64,000 nt of DNA from Gammaproteobacteria bacterium (GTDB taxonomy: Bacteria; Pseudomonadota; Gammaproteobacteria; SZUA-140), in the NCBI GenBank assembly GCA_015492435.1, contig WGFB01000014.1, forward strand, positions 15,728-79,727. The letters run 5' to 3'. Below, one piece after another: positions 1-9,299 of this stretch (position 1 is the stretch's first letter; each line of letters starts with the position of its first letter). The position numbers and the translations under genes are program-made. The notes below the pieces were generated by a model. That model searched no databases. It saw only the letters and a list, made by a program, of their open reading frames with translations, and was not told the DNA's origin.

Positions 1-833
1 TCCCTGATCATCTCCTCGGTCACGATACCTTTCTCCACGCACTCCTTGAGGAGCCCGAAGAAGAACCTTTCCTGATTGGGATCCGGGTGCGGCTTGTAAT
101 GCCCCATCAACCCGTACTCGCCGAACAGCTTGCGGCGCAGTGACTGAATCCACCCTTGGGGGGAGAAGCCCCGCACGCGCTCGGGAGGCCTGAAGTCAAC
201 GGGCAGGCCCGTCTTCCATGGCTGGGTCTTGCGCTTGGTGGTATGGAGCATCTTGGTCTTCTCGGTCAGCTTGTCGAAGTCGTTCCACTCATTCTCCAGC
301 AGGCCGATGGTTTCGCGCGGCTCGAGCTTGACGCAGATCCAGTCCATGTAGTCGCGCTTGAATTCGAACATCTCGTTAAACTGTTCCTCGACCCGCCAGT
401 GGGTCAGCTTGGCGCAGTCCAGCAGCATGACGCTGCTGGCGAGGCAGCCGTAGACCTTGCCCTTTCTGCCCGACCGGGGACGGCACATGATGGCCTTTCC
501 TTCCATGTCGCGGGACAACAGCTCCCAGACATCCCCCACGGCGAACACGTCGGGATCGATGACCACCGCCCTGCCCTGGTACCCCATCAGCTCGGGCGGC
601 ATGAACCGGGTGAGGGTGAACGACTGCAGATCGTCATTGAGCCAGGTGCGCTTGGCGCCGTCGCGCAGATAGAGCTGCCCTTCCTTCGCCTGGAAAAAAG
701 GATAGTCCTTCATATGCATGATGCGCACATCGAACTTGTCCGCGTGCCTGGAGTTCCGTTTCAGCGCGTATTCCGCAACCAACGCGCCAATGTATTGCTT
801 GTGATTGGTTTGGATGAATACACAGTGGTCCAT
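1..833 (-). CDS. Hypothetical protein, possible DXD-motif nucleotide-sugar transferase (gene runs off window start; start codon at 833)
   Basis: Own translation of the minus strand from ATG at 833..831 gives a stop-free protein to the window edge (MDHCVFIQTNHKQYIGALVAEYALKRNS...VVIDPDVFAVGD...EYGLMGHYKPHPDPNQERFFFGLLKECVEKGIVTEEMIR). It is absent from the ORF table because it is truncated. The overlapping plus ORF 156..980 has antisense-artefact composition (A/L/G/H/Q-rich). Function guessed only from the DPD motif and the neighbourhood. Confidence 0.5.
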   Translation of the reverse strand, partial: MDHCVFIQTNHKQYIGALVAEYALKRNSRHADKFDVRIMHMKDYPFFQAKEGQLYLRDGAKRTWLNDDLQSFTLTRFMPPELMGYQGRAVVIDPDVFAVGDVWELLSRDMEGKAIMCRPRSGRKGKVYGCLASSVMLLDCAKLTHWRVEEQFNEMFEFKRDYMDWICVKLEPRETIGLLENEWNDFDKLTEKTKMLHTTKRKTQPWKTGLPVDFRPPERVRGFSPQGWIQSLRRKLFGEYGLMGHYKPHPDPNQERFFFGLLKECVEKGIVTEEMIR

Positions 834-909
834 TGCTCAGACTCCCTTGGGGTTGAATGCCGTAGAATATATCACACTGAAAGTGTGGTTTATATCCACA
901 ATGCGGACT

Positions 910-1845
910 TCAGCCACTGGCGGCGCGGCCTGGGGCTTCCGCCCCGTGGTAACCAAAGACCGGCGACAGGGACTCATTGACCAGCCCCTCGATCGCGGTA
1001 ATCTGCCTCTCGTCGAAATAATCGCTGTAGCCCCCTACCTTGGCGCGCCGCACCTTGTAGGAATTGGGGTTCTTGCGGTCCTTGGGCGCCATGCGCGTGC
1101 CGCTGAGCCAGAAGGTCCGTTTCTCCTCCAGCTTTTTCATATTCTCCACCGAGGAAAACTCCACGGCCTGGCGGATTTCCTCGTCGCTTCCGGGAGTCCC
1201 AATGAATTCAACGATTTGCCCCAGGACCTCGGCCGTCCTGGCCCGCAGGTCCTCATAGCGCACCACGAGCAGGTCGTCCATGCGCGGCAGTTCTTCCGCC
1301 CACAGGTTCATGAATGCAATGATCTTGGGCAGGCCGGCATCGGGGTCCATCACGAAGTCATAGATGGAGACGTCCCTGCCGTGTTCCGGATAGCGGTTGA
1401 GCTGCTTTTTTCTGGCGCGCATGCGGTACTTCCATTGGAAATACTGGGAAACCGCCACGTCGCGCGGGTCACGCACCAGGAGCACCACCTTTTTCCCAAG
1501 ATAATCCTCTTTTGAGTCATAGTGTTGGGTATAGTCCTTGAGATAGTTGTCATGGGTGAAATAAATCACGGGAACCGTGGGATTTCTGCGATGCAGATTA
1601 TCGTAGCTCATGAGCTGCCTCATGGACAGGCCGTGGCGAACCTGGTAGAAACGCGACAGCATCACCCGCAGCCAGGTGCGCCCGCTCTTGCCGTAGGAGA
1701 CCACCACGCAATCGGCCCGCCTGATCCAGCGCAGTTCCTCGCGCCCCCGCAACCATCGTTCGAGGGCGGTCTTTTTCTCCCGGGGCAGAAAAAACAACAA
1801 AAACAGGACTGTCTCCCGGGTCAGTTTGTTCAGAATAACGTGCAT
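910..1845 (-). CDS. Sulfotransferase family protein (PAPS-dependent)
   Basis: 311 aa. It has a 5'-PSB-like motif YGKSGRTWL (cf. canonical PKSGTTW) and a later RDPRDVAVS region typical of the 3'-phosphate-binding part of cytosolic-type sulfotransferases. Confidence 0.75.
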   Translation of the reverse strand: MHVILNKLTRETVLFLLFFLPREKKTALERWLRGREELRWIRRADCVVVSYGKSGRTWLRVMLSRFYQVRHGLSMRQLMSYDNLHRRNPTVPVIYFTHDNYLKDYTQHYDSKEDYLGKKVVLLVRDPRDVAVSQYFQWKYRMRARKKQLNRYPEHGRDVSIYDFVMDPDAGLPKIIAFMNLWAEELPRMDDLLVVRYEDLRARTAEVLGQIVEFIGTPGSDEEIRQAVEFSSVENMKKLEEKRTFWLSGTRMAPKDRKNPNSYKVRRAKVGGYSDYFDERQITAIEGLVNESLSPVFGYHGAEAPGRAASG

Positions 1846-1860
1846 AGTTTCCTCGGCGGT

Positions 1861-1895
1861 TAACCCGCATTTCTCACCAATATGGCGGGCAATCA
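1861..1895. repeat. ~30-bp conserved hairpin motif, copy 1
   Basis: TAACCCGCATTTCTCACCAATATGGCGGGCAATC, immediately upstream of the sulfotransferase start. Confidence 0.5.
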
Positions 1896-2168
1896 GGGTT
1901 CCATGGCCTTTTCGACGGCATCAGCCGTTGAGATACGCGCGGGTCGGCAGGACAGGCCGGATTGTCTCCCACCGGCCGGCATCATGCAAGGTTCGCAGGC
2001 CGCGCGGAGGCCAAGTATAAAAGAAAACCGTGCCTTTCGTAAGAGCGTGCGCGCCGCTCCGCGCCTGGCGCACCGGCCTTGGGAGCCGCCAGAAATTGTC
2101 CTCCGCGAAACAAATTTGCTATGTTCTCGTCTTCAGTGCATCTCTGGGAACCCGCCCCCGCCAGGTTC

Positions 2169-3236
2169 ATGAATCCGACATCCCCCGAAAAGCTCATTGT
2201 GGCAGTGTGCACCTATCACCGCCCCCACGGTCTGCGCCTGCTCCTGCGGGCGCTTGAGGCGCAGCGCTTCGAACATAATCCAGCGCCTGATATGGAAGTC
2301 CTGGTGGTCGATAACGGGGGTGATGCCGAAACCCGGCGCCTGTGCCAGGACTTCGGAAGCGGGCAGGCACCACTCCCCCTGCGCTATATCCAAGAACCCC
2401 GCGTGGGCATATCCCACGCCCGCAACGCGGTGCTCGATCACATTCCCGCCCACTGCGACTACGTGGCCCTGATAGACGACGATGAGATTCCATGTCCGCG
2501 CTGGCTGGATGAATTGCTGGCGCTCCAGCGCGCGACGGGCGCCGATCTGGTGCGGGGACCGGTGATCCCCCGGTATGCGCCCGGCACGCCGGCCTGGATC
2601 ACGCGGGGAAATTATTTCGGCTGGCCCCGCCCCGAACAGCGCATCACGGACGGCCAGAACCTGGAGCAGGGGGCGACGAACAACATGTTGCTGCGCTGGT
2701 CCGCGGTGCGCGCCACCGGCGCGCGCTTCGACACCGGGCTTGCCCGTACCGGTGGCGAAGACACGGTCTATTTTCATCAGTTGATTCACGCGCACAAACT
2801 GAAAATGGTCTTTGCCGCCCGCGCCTGTGTCACCGAGACAATCCCCCCCACCCGCACATCCCTGCGCGCCTTGCTGAGGCTTCACTTCCGGCTGGGCGCG
2901 AACAGATTGTTGAAGAAAACACTGCGCGCTTCTCCCGGAGACAACAAGGTCATGCTGACGATCGTGCACGCCGGCAAGGGCGTACGGCACGTTCTCCTCG
3001 GCACCGCGGGCCTGTTCACATGCTGGCTCCCCGGGGGGGGCGGGCGGATGCGGGCCCTGGATTCACTGCTGCGCCTGGCGAGAGGCGCGGGACACTTCGC
3101 CGGCCTGCTTGGCCTGCGCTACCGCTATTACGGCGGCATCCCCCATAGCCTGGCAAGCGACGTTCATGCCCCGCCCGAGGAATGGGATACCCGCCGGGAA
3201 AAGTCCGCCTCGAAGCGCCGCAGGCGGTCACAATAG
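2169..3236 (+). CDS. Glycosyltransferase family 2
   Basis: IVAVCTYHRPHGLRLLLRALEAQ...VLVVDNGGDAE...ALIDDDEIP (DXD) is the GT-A fold signature. Start moved to the ATG at 2169 (MNPTSPEKLIVAV). Confidence 0.8.
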   Translation: MNPTSPEKLIVAVCTYHRPHGLRLLLRALEAQRFEHNPAPDMEVLVVDNGGDAETRRLCQDFGSGQAPLPLRYIQEPRVGISHARNAVLDHIPAHCDYVALIDDDEIPCPRWLDELLALQRATGADLVRGPVIPRYAPGTPAWITRGNYFGWPRPEQRITDGQNLEQGATNNMLLRWSAVRATGARFDTGLARTGGEDTVYFHQLIHAHKLKMVFAARACVTETIPPTRTSLRALLRLHFRLGANRLLKKTLRASPGDNKVMLTIVHAGKGVRHVLLGTAGLFTCWLPGGGGRMRALDSLLRLARGAGHFAGLLGLRYRYYGGIPHSLASDVHAPPEEWDTRREKSASKRRRRSQ

Positions 3237-4060
3237 CCGCGATCCCGCTTCGAAGCCCCCTTGGGATACCAGATCAGCCCTCCGCCGCCAAATCTCAGGT
3301 CCACGATACTGTCGTCGAGCGACATGAACTTCAGGCGGGGCGTCTTCCGGTTGAAGCGCAGGAAAAAGTCGTAGATGACCATCTGGTCGAGCTTCTCAAG
3401 CAGGTGGCCATGCGCCACGAAGCGCCCGATCTGCCCGCCGACGGCGCGCAGAAAGGCCATGGCCTGACGCGATGGGGAAATGTACAGCGTGCCCGCCAGC
3501 AGCTTCGTGTTCCCGCCATGTTTGTCAAAGCGCGCATAGAAAGCCAGATCCGCTGCCCCAACTTTGTCTTTCAGTTCCTCGATGGGACCCACCAGCAGCG
3601 CGTCGATATCCAGGCACAGGCAGGGCGCGCCCGCCCCTGCCGCGATCTCCGCAAAGCGCACAAAACGCACGGAATAGTAATACCGCCCGCGCCGCTCGTC
3701 ATCATGGCGGTCCAGATCGACATGCTCCCAGGTATGGGAGAAATGGGGCACCGCCCCGCCGGAGAGTTCCGCAAGCAGTTGCAATTGCGCCGGCGCGGGA
3801 TTGAACAGATGAATATGGATGCCCGAGCCAGGCGCATTGGCCAGCAAGGCGGCGATGAAGGCGCGCCCGTATCGCTCGAAATAGGCGGCGTCGGCCGCGG
3901 CAAAAAAAAGCAGAGGCGCGCCGATACCAGAAGGCATGTGGCCTTCCAGCGGGGGAAGCGCTGTCTCACGCCTGGCATCCTCCACCGCGGGCAACCACTT
4001 GTCCAACCACCGGTAGGAAAGACTGCCCCATGTCTTGCGCAGATATTTACCAAGCTTCAT
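3164..4060 (-). CDS. Hypothetical protein (possible DXD-containing transferase; CLCLDIDALLVGP)
   Basis: 298-aa ORF with coding-like composition and no recognisable family. It sits among glycosyltransferase genes. Its 3' end overlaps the GT2 3' end convergently by 73 nt. Confidence 0.45.
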   Translation of the reverse strand: MKLGKYLRKTWGSLSYRWLDKWLPAVEDARRETALPPLEGHMPSGIGAPLLFFAAADAAYFERYGRAFIAALLANAPGSGIHIHLFNPAPAQLQLLAELSGGAVPHFSHTWEHVDLDRHDDERRGRYYYSVRFVRFAEIAAGAGAPCLCLDIDALLVGPIEELKDKVGAADLAFYARFDKHGGNTKLLAGTLYISPSRQAMAFLRAVGGQIGRFVAHGHLLEKLDQMVIYDFFLRFNRKTPRLKFMSLDDSIVDLRFGGGGLIWYPKGASKRDRGYCDRLRRFEADFSRRVSHSSGGA

Positions 4061-4175
4061 GGGCTTCTTCCAGCGTGGTTGAAGGGCCGTTCACCGGGCA
4101 TGCGCGGGCACAAAGGGACACGGCATGGCGAGTGGCGGCGGGAACAGCGGCCCACAGGCGGCCACTCCGCCAGGT

Positions 4176-5066
4176 TTAAAATGACAGGGAATCTTCATCA
4201 CCGTGACGCGCCCGCGCCTCCATGACATCGATGTAATGCCATCCCTCGACCTCGATTCTGTCAGGAAGCCAAAGACGCGATGGCCATCCCAGGTGATACT
4301 TGGGAGCGATGATGGTCCTGCCGCTGACCTCGTTGAGCCACCCGCCCCACCAGGAGAAACTGCTGTTGGCGATGATATTATATTTGCAGCGCGTGAACAA
4401 AAACATGTCGACCACGCCGGGGTTTCCCCGCGTGACAACCTTGTTGCTGATACCGGAAAAGACCCGTGACGCAAACTCCACGTCATCACTGACAATGACA
4501 TGGAACAGATCGCCGGGAAGCCGGGAAAGCGCTTCCTTGTAATATGCCAGCGGCAATATCCAGCCTATGCCATCGCCCTTGCGGGCCATCTCCATATAAT
4601 CTCCCCGCCTGATATGGATGCAACACCGCCTGGAGCTGGGCGCGGGCCATTGCGCCTCTATCTCGCCGATCAGGCGCCTGTAGCGGGGGCGGGGAGTAAA
4701 CCATTGCAGGACCTGCCGCCTGTTTTCCGCGAAATAGAGAGGGGACTGGAAGAAGCCCCGCACGGTCACGCCGTCGCTGACATCGAAGAACCGGCTGTCG
4801 AAACACTCGTCGTGTATGCCTCGGCTGTAATGCTTTCTGCGCGGCCGGAACGTCTCTCCCCCCAAGGGATGGCGCAGGCGGTAACGCAGCCGGTTGGCGG
4901 CCAGGGACAAGGTTGTCTCGCCATCCAGCTCGAAATACCTGTGCAGGGAACCCTTGCGCCCCCCGCGGAAGCAGAACGCGTAGCCTTTTTGCCCGGCCAG
5001 TGTCTTGCAGGCCGCGTACTGGAACATATTGTTCCCGGTCTGGGCGATCAGCTTCAGCATGATCAT
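4176..5066 (-). CDS. Glycosyltransferase family 11 (alpha-1,2-fucosyltransferase-like)
   Basis: Motifs IHIRRGDY and NSSFSWWGGWL match GT11 motifs I and III (HxRRGD; SxFSWW). The N-terminal GNNMFQYA matches GNQMFQYA. Start probably the internal ATG (MIMLKLIA). Confidence 0.75.
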   Translation of the reverse strand: MIMLKLIAQTGNNMFQYAACKTLAGQKGYAFCFRGGRKGSLHRYFELDGETTLSLAANRLRYRLRHPLGGETFRPRRKHYSRGIHDECFDSRFFDVSDGVTVRGFFQSPLYFAENRRQVLQWFTPRPRYRRLIGEIEAQWPAPSSRRCCIHIRRGDYMEMARKGDGIGWILPLAYYKEALSRLPGDLFHVIVSDDVEFASRVFSGISNKVVTRGNPGVVDMFLFTRCKYNIIANSSFSWWGGWLNEVSGRTIIAPKYHLGWPSRLWLPDRIEVEGWHYIDVMEARARHGDEDSLSF

Positions 5067-5162
5067 GATGGCAGCCCCCGGCGGCGACATTGCAACAACG
5101 CGGGCAAGCCTATTCCATATCGGCAATCTGAACGCAGCGCTCCGCGGGACCTTTGCATGGAA

Positions 5163-6278
5163 TCAGTCCGTCTCTTCAAGCAGCGCCTTCAGGCGCGCCA
5201 CCACGCGCGGCAACTCATCCGCGGGCCTGTTTCCCGCGGGAAGGAAATCCTCTCCCAGGGATACCGCCAGCCCCCTGTCCAGCAATACCCGGTGCAAGGC
5301 GGTGAGATCGCGCGCATACCCCAGTATTCCCAGGCGGCGGAATAGCGCGCCCAGCGCCTCACCGAGGGCGCCGCCATTCCCGCCTCCCGCCAGCCTGGCC
5401 ACCCATTGTTGCAGGCGGCTCGCGGGATCTTCCCTGACGGGCAGAGGGAAAATCGCCAGCGGCCTGCCCAGGCGCGCCACTTCCACCATCATGGAAACGC
5501 TGTCGCCGGTCACGATGAAATAGTCGGCCAGGCCGAGCAGCGCACGGTAGGGATTGTCCTTGCCGTCCCTGCGCCACTGGTAGAAACGGGCGTTTCCCGG
5601 CAGCGCGTCCTGGACAGCCTTCACCACCGGCAGCGGCGTGCGCCTGCTGGTAGTGGCATAAAGCGTCCCCCCCGCCTTATCAGCAAGGGCGGAGGCCCTG
5701 CCCACCAGGTCCCGCGCCACGCTTGCATCGAACACAAAGGGCTTGGTGGCGCCGCCGATCATGAGCGCGAAAACGGGACGTTGCAAGGCGGCGAAACGTT
5801 CGCGCCAGGAAGCAGCCGCCTCGGCAATGGCACGCTCGTCCGGCCGCATGAGAGGCAGGTCGAGGCGCAGCACATTGGGCCTGTCGGGCAGATGATACTG
5901 AGATGGCGCGATGATCAGGGCGTAGTCATCCAGGCCCCGCTTGGGGCGTCCCACCAGCACGACCCGGCTCCGCCCTCCACTCTGTTTGCGTATCCACATG
6001 GCCACCATCGCGGAGCGGCGCCCGATGGTGAGGATGAGATCCGGCCATGGCGGCTGCAACGCGTCCGATTTTTGCCGGTCGATGTGATAGAGAGAGGCCT
6101 TGAAGGGAGGCTTGCCCAACACATATTGTTCCAGGGGATAGACACGCTTGGTCTCGCAGGGCAGCCCCAGGGCCTCGGCGATGATTTCCACCTGGGCATT
6201 GTCGCCCAGCTTGTCACTGAGCACCAGCCAGATGCGGGGCGCCTGGCGCGCGTTGTCGGGGACAAAGGGAGTGGACAT
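5163..6278 (-). CDS. ELM1/DUF1022 family protein (predicted GT-B-like transferase)
   Basis: 371 aa. PWPDLILTIGRRS...VVLVGRP...YALIIAPSQYHLP...FALMIGGATKPFVFD...NPYRALLGLADYFIVTGDSVSMMVEVARLGRPLAIF fits the mitochondrial-fission ELM1-like family seen in LPS-core clusters. Confidence 0.6.
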   Translation of the reverse strand: MSTPFVPDNARQAPRIWLVLSDKLGDNAQVEIIAEALGLPCETKRVYPLEQYVLGKPPFKASLYHIDRQKSDALQPPWPDLILTIGRRSAMVAMWIRKQSGGRSRVVLVGRPKRGLDDYALIIAPSQYHLPDRPNVLRLDLPLMRPDERAIAEAAASWRERFAALQRPVFALMIGGATKPFVFDASVARDLVGRASALADKAGGTLYATTSRRTPLPVVKAVQDALPGNARFYQWRRDGKDNPYRALLGLADYFIVTGDSVSMMVEVARLGRPLAIFPLPVREDPASRLQQWVARLAGGGNGGALGEALGALFRRLGILGYARDLTALHRVLLDRGLAVSLGEDFLPAGNRPADELPRVVARLKALLEETD

Positions 6279-6411
6279 GAAATTCGCCGGATTTCGGGTA
6301 CTCAGTATATCAGGACCAACACGGCGTGTTCCATCCTGAGAAATCGTTTTTCCATAGCGGGTACGGCCTTGCTAACATACGCAATACTATTCTGTCCTCC
6401 ACCGCCACAAC

Positions 6412-7536
6412 ATGAACGATTTGTCATCCTCCATCGGCGTCCCGGCCGACCCGCCAACCGTCTGGATCATCACCGGCTACCGCGCCGGGGAAGATACGCA
6501 GATTCTCGCCCTCGCCGAGGCCCTGCAATGGCCCTTCTCCACCAAGCGCCTCGTTTACCAGGCCCATGATTTCATACCCGGCCTGCTGCGCCTGGCCTCG
6601 CTGAAGGGCATCAATCTGGCCCGCTCCAGCCCCCTTGTCCCGCCCTGGCCGGACCTGGTCATCTCCGCGGGCATGCGCAATGAACCCGTATGCCGCTGGA
6701 TCAAGGCGCAATCCGGGGGGAGAACGCGCATTGTCCTGCTGGGCAGGCACTGGGCGCGGCTGGAGCACTTCGATCTCGTCATCACCACTCCCCAATACCG
6801 CCTCCCGCAAGATACAAAAATTCTGCACAATATCACGACCCTGCACCGGGTCAACGAAAACATGCTGCGGGAGGCCTGCACCCGGCATGCCGCCACCCTG
6901 GCCGGCTTGCCGCGCCCCCACATCGCGGTGATCATGGGCGGCAGCAGCGGTCCCTATACCCTTGGGCGGCGTGCCGCGCGGCGCCTGGCCCGCCAGGCCT
7001 GCGCAATGGCACGCGCCCAGGGAGGCGCCCTCCTCGTCACCAGCAGCTCGCGCACCCCCGCCGCCGCCATCGATGCCTTTTCCGCGGCCGCCGCATGCCC
7101 CATGCGCTTCTACCGGTGGAAACCGGCCGACAAGGCCAACCCCTATTACGCCTTCCTGGCCTCGGCCGACGCCATTATCGTCACGGGTGACAGCATCGCC
7201 ATGCTCTCGGAAGCCTGCGCCACGGGAAAACCCGTCTATATTTTCGACCTGGGAACGGGCAGGGAGGCCATGCGCCCCCTGCCAGCAGGCTCAAGGCACG
7301 CCCGCGGCAGCGCGGAGCGGAACGATTTCCGGCTGGGCGCGTTGCTCTACAAGCTGCTCATGCGCCACGGCCCGCAACGGCTGACACGCGACATCCGCCT
7401 GGTACACAGTCAATTGACCGCCTCGGGGCTGGCCACCTGGCTGGACGAAACATGCACGCCACCCTCCCCGGGCCAACGCCCCCCCGACAGCATCGAGCGC
7501 GCCGTGGCGCGGGTACGCTCAATGCTCGGCCGGTGA
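6412..7536 (+). CDS. ELM1/DUF1022 family protein (paralog of 5163..6278, divergently transcribed)
   Basis: 374 aa with the same motif series as its neighbour (PWPDLVISAGMRN...IVLLGRH...DLVITTPQYRLP...IAVIMGGSSGPY...NPYYAFLASADAIIVTGDSIAMLSEACATGKPVYIF). Confidence 0.6.
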   Translation: MNDLSSSIGVPADPPTVWIITGYRAGEDTQILALAEALQWPFSTKRLVYQAHDFIPGLLRLASLKGINLARSSPLVPPWPDLVISAGMRNEPVCRWIKAQSGGRTRIVLLGRHWARLEHFDLVITTPQYRLPQDTKILHNITTLHRVNENMLREACTRHAATLAGLPRPHIAVIMGGSSGPYTLGRRAARRLARQACAMARAQGGALLVTSSSRTPAAAIDAFSAAAACPMRFYRWKPADKANPYYAFLASADAIIVTGDSIAMLSEACATGKPVYIFDLGTGREAMRPLPAGSRHARGSAERNDFRLGALLYKLLMRHGPQRLTRDIRLVHSQLTASGLATWLDETCTPPSPGQRPPDSIERAVARVRSMLGR

Positions 7537-9255
7537 GCGCACCGGGATGAGCCGCTCGTCCTGCAGGCGGTAGACCCGGTCGGCGATGTCCACCAGCGCC
7601 GTCTGGTGCGAGATGGACAGAACCGTCAGCCGCCCCGCCAACTGTTTCAAGGTGTCGCAGATGGCGCCCTCGCTCTTGGGATCCAGGGCGCTTGTCGCTT
7701 CATCCAGGATCAGCAGCTCCGGCCGGTGCGCCAGCGCGCGCGCGATCATGATGCGCTGGCGCTGACCGCCGGAAAGGCTGGCGCCACGCTCCCCGACCAC
7801 GCTGTACATACCGTCACGCAAATCTGAAACGAACTCCCAGGCCCCGGCCGCCCGCAAGGCGTATTCCGCGTCCGCTTCATCCAGCCCGGGATCGCCCAGA
7901 GTGACATTGTGAAACACGTTGTCATGAAGGAGCAGGTTTTCCTGGGGCACATAGCCGATCTTTCTGCGCCACTGGCGCAGATCCATCTCTCTCAGATCCA
8001 CGCCATCTATGAGTATGGCGCCATGCTGGGGTTGCAGCAGGCCGGTGATGAGGTCGACAATGGTCGTCTTGCCGGCCCCGGAAGGACCCGTCAACGCCAC
8101 CAGGGAGCCCTTGGGTATCACCGCCGAGGCATCGCGCAGGACGACTTTCTCACCATAGGCAAAATCGACGCCCTGCAGGCGGATGTCCCGCTCAAATCTC
8201 GGCGGCAGCGTGCCCGTGGAGATCTCGCGGGTTTCCTGCGCCTCGCGAGTGGTCTGATCGATGGACCAGAAGGCGCTTTCCGCGGTCACCATCTTCTGAT
8301 ACCAGCGCTGTATCTTTCCCATTTGCGCCATGATGCGCCCCAGCAACAGGGCCAGCATGAGCATGGTGGAAGCCGGCACTTCCCACATCACCAGGGCCAC
8401 ATAAATTCCGATGGCTATGAATCCCACGAACATGGGTTCCTGGATGGCCTGCAGCACGGCCTTGCTGAAGACCTCCTTCTGCAGGGCACGATTGAGTTTC
8501 GATGTCTCGGCCGCCATCACTTCGTCGGCCAGGTCTTCCCTGCCCATGGCCTTGAGTGGCTTGACGGACTGCAGGGTGTCGGTAAGGCGGCCGAGGAGAG
8601 ACTTCAGCAGCTTGGTCTGGCGCTTGCCGGCGCGGCGCGACATTCTCACCAGGGCATACGTGACGACGAGCACCAGCAACCCCGCACCCAACGCGGCCAG
8701 GGTGGCTTGCCAGGAAATCAGCAGGGCCACGATGATATAGACGACCGCTTCGATACAGCGGGCGATCATGGTCGTGCCATAGATATAGGCCTCCGAAGCG
8801 CGCATGGCCTCGGTGGTCATGGCATTGGCCATGCGCCCCGCCGGCTGCCGGATGAAGTATTCCCAACGGGAGGCCAGCACGGCGCGCAGCAGGGACAGGC
8901 GCAGATCGGTGGTGACCTGCGCGGCGGTGTAGCCGATCTGCTTGCGCGCCGCCAGCAGGAGCAGATTCTTGACCACAATCCCCACCATCACGATGATCAG
9001 CAACACACCAATGGAGGGCGTCAGGCCGACGTCATGCAACACGCCGCGCACGATCTCCTCCAGTCCACTGCCATCCTGGCCGCCTCCATCCGTCCCCGGA
9101 ACTTTGTCCCCCTCCCCCTGATCCAGGGCCAGGCTGAGCAGGGGCAGCAAGGCGGAGAGGCTGATCCCCTCGGAAATACCCGCCAGCAACAGGGCGAGCA
9201 GCATCAGGACGGACTGCCAGGGATATACGCGGAAGAATTTCAGAAGTATATGCAT
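7519..9255 (-). CDS. ABC transporter permease/ATP-binding protein, MsbA-like lipid exporter
   Basis: 578 aa. N-terminal 6-TM domain followed by an NBD with Walker A GPSGAGKTT, signature LSGGQRQR and Walker B LILDEATSALD. Confidence 0.85.
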   Translation of the reverse strand: MHILLKFFRVYPWQSVLMLLALLLAGISEGISLSALLPLLSLALDQGEGDKVPGTDGGGQDGSGLEEIVRGVLHDVGLTPSIGVLLIIVMVGIVVKNLLLLAARKQIGYTAAQVTTDLRLSLLRAVLASRWEYFIRQPAGRMANAMTTEAMRASEAYIYGTTMIARCIEAVVYIIVALLISWQATLAALGAGLLVLVVTYALVRMSRRAGKRQTKLLKSLLGRLTDTLQSVKPLKAMGREDLADEVMAAETSKLNRALQKEVFSKAVLQAIQEPMFVGFIAIGIYVALVMWEVPASTMLMLALLLGRIMAQMGKIQRWYQKMVTAESAFWSIDQTTREAQETREISTGTLPPRFERDIRLQGVDFAYGEKVVLRDASAVIPKGSLVALTGPSGAGKTTIVDLITGLLQPQHGAILIDGVDLREMDLRQWRRKIGYVPQENLLLHDNVFHNVTLGDPGLDEADAEYALRAAGAWEFVSDLRDGMYSVVGERGASLSGGQRQRIMIARALAHRPELLILDEATSALDPKSEGAICDTLKQLAGRLTVLSISHQTALVDIADRVYRLQDERLIPVRSPAEH

Positions 9256-9299
9256 GAAAGAACCTGGCGTGGCTAAATGATATCAGCCTGTCGGGGCGT

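Noticed and set aside
156-980. 274-aa plus-strand ORF at the window start
   Set aside because: A/L/G/H/Q/P-rich composition typical of the antisense frame of a high-GC gene. The minus strand over the same span translates into a clean protein continuing to the window edge.
3182-4225. 347-aa plus-strand ORF
   Set aside because: Mirror of the minus-strand gene 3164..4060. Arg/Gln/His/Pro-rich antisense artefact.
5005-5523. 172-aa plus ORF and other 60-200-aa ORFs scattered in every gene (e.g. 2133..2990, 8192..8866, 13010..13576, 56112..56564)
   Set aside because: Nested in or antisense to well-supported genes with Arg/Pro/Gly-rich composition. Consistent with GC-rich random frames.
7909-9276. 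455-aa plus-strand ORF
   Set aside because: Antisense to the ABC transporter gene, which has unmistakable Walker/signature motifs on the minus strand.
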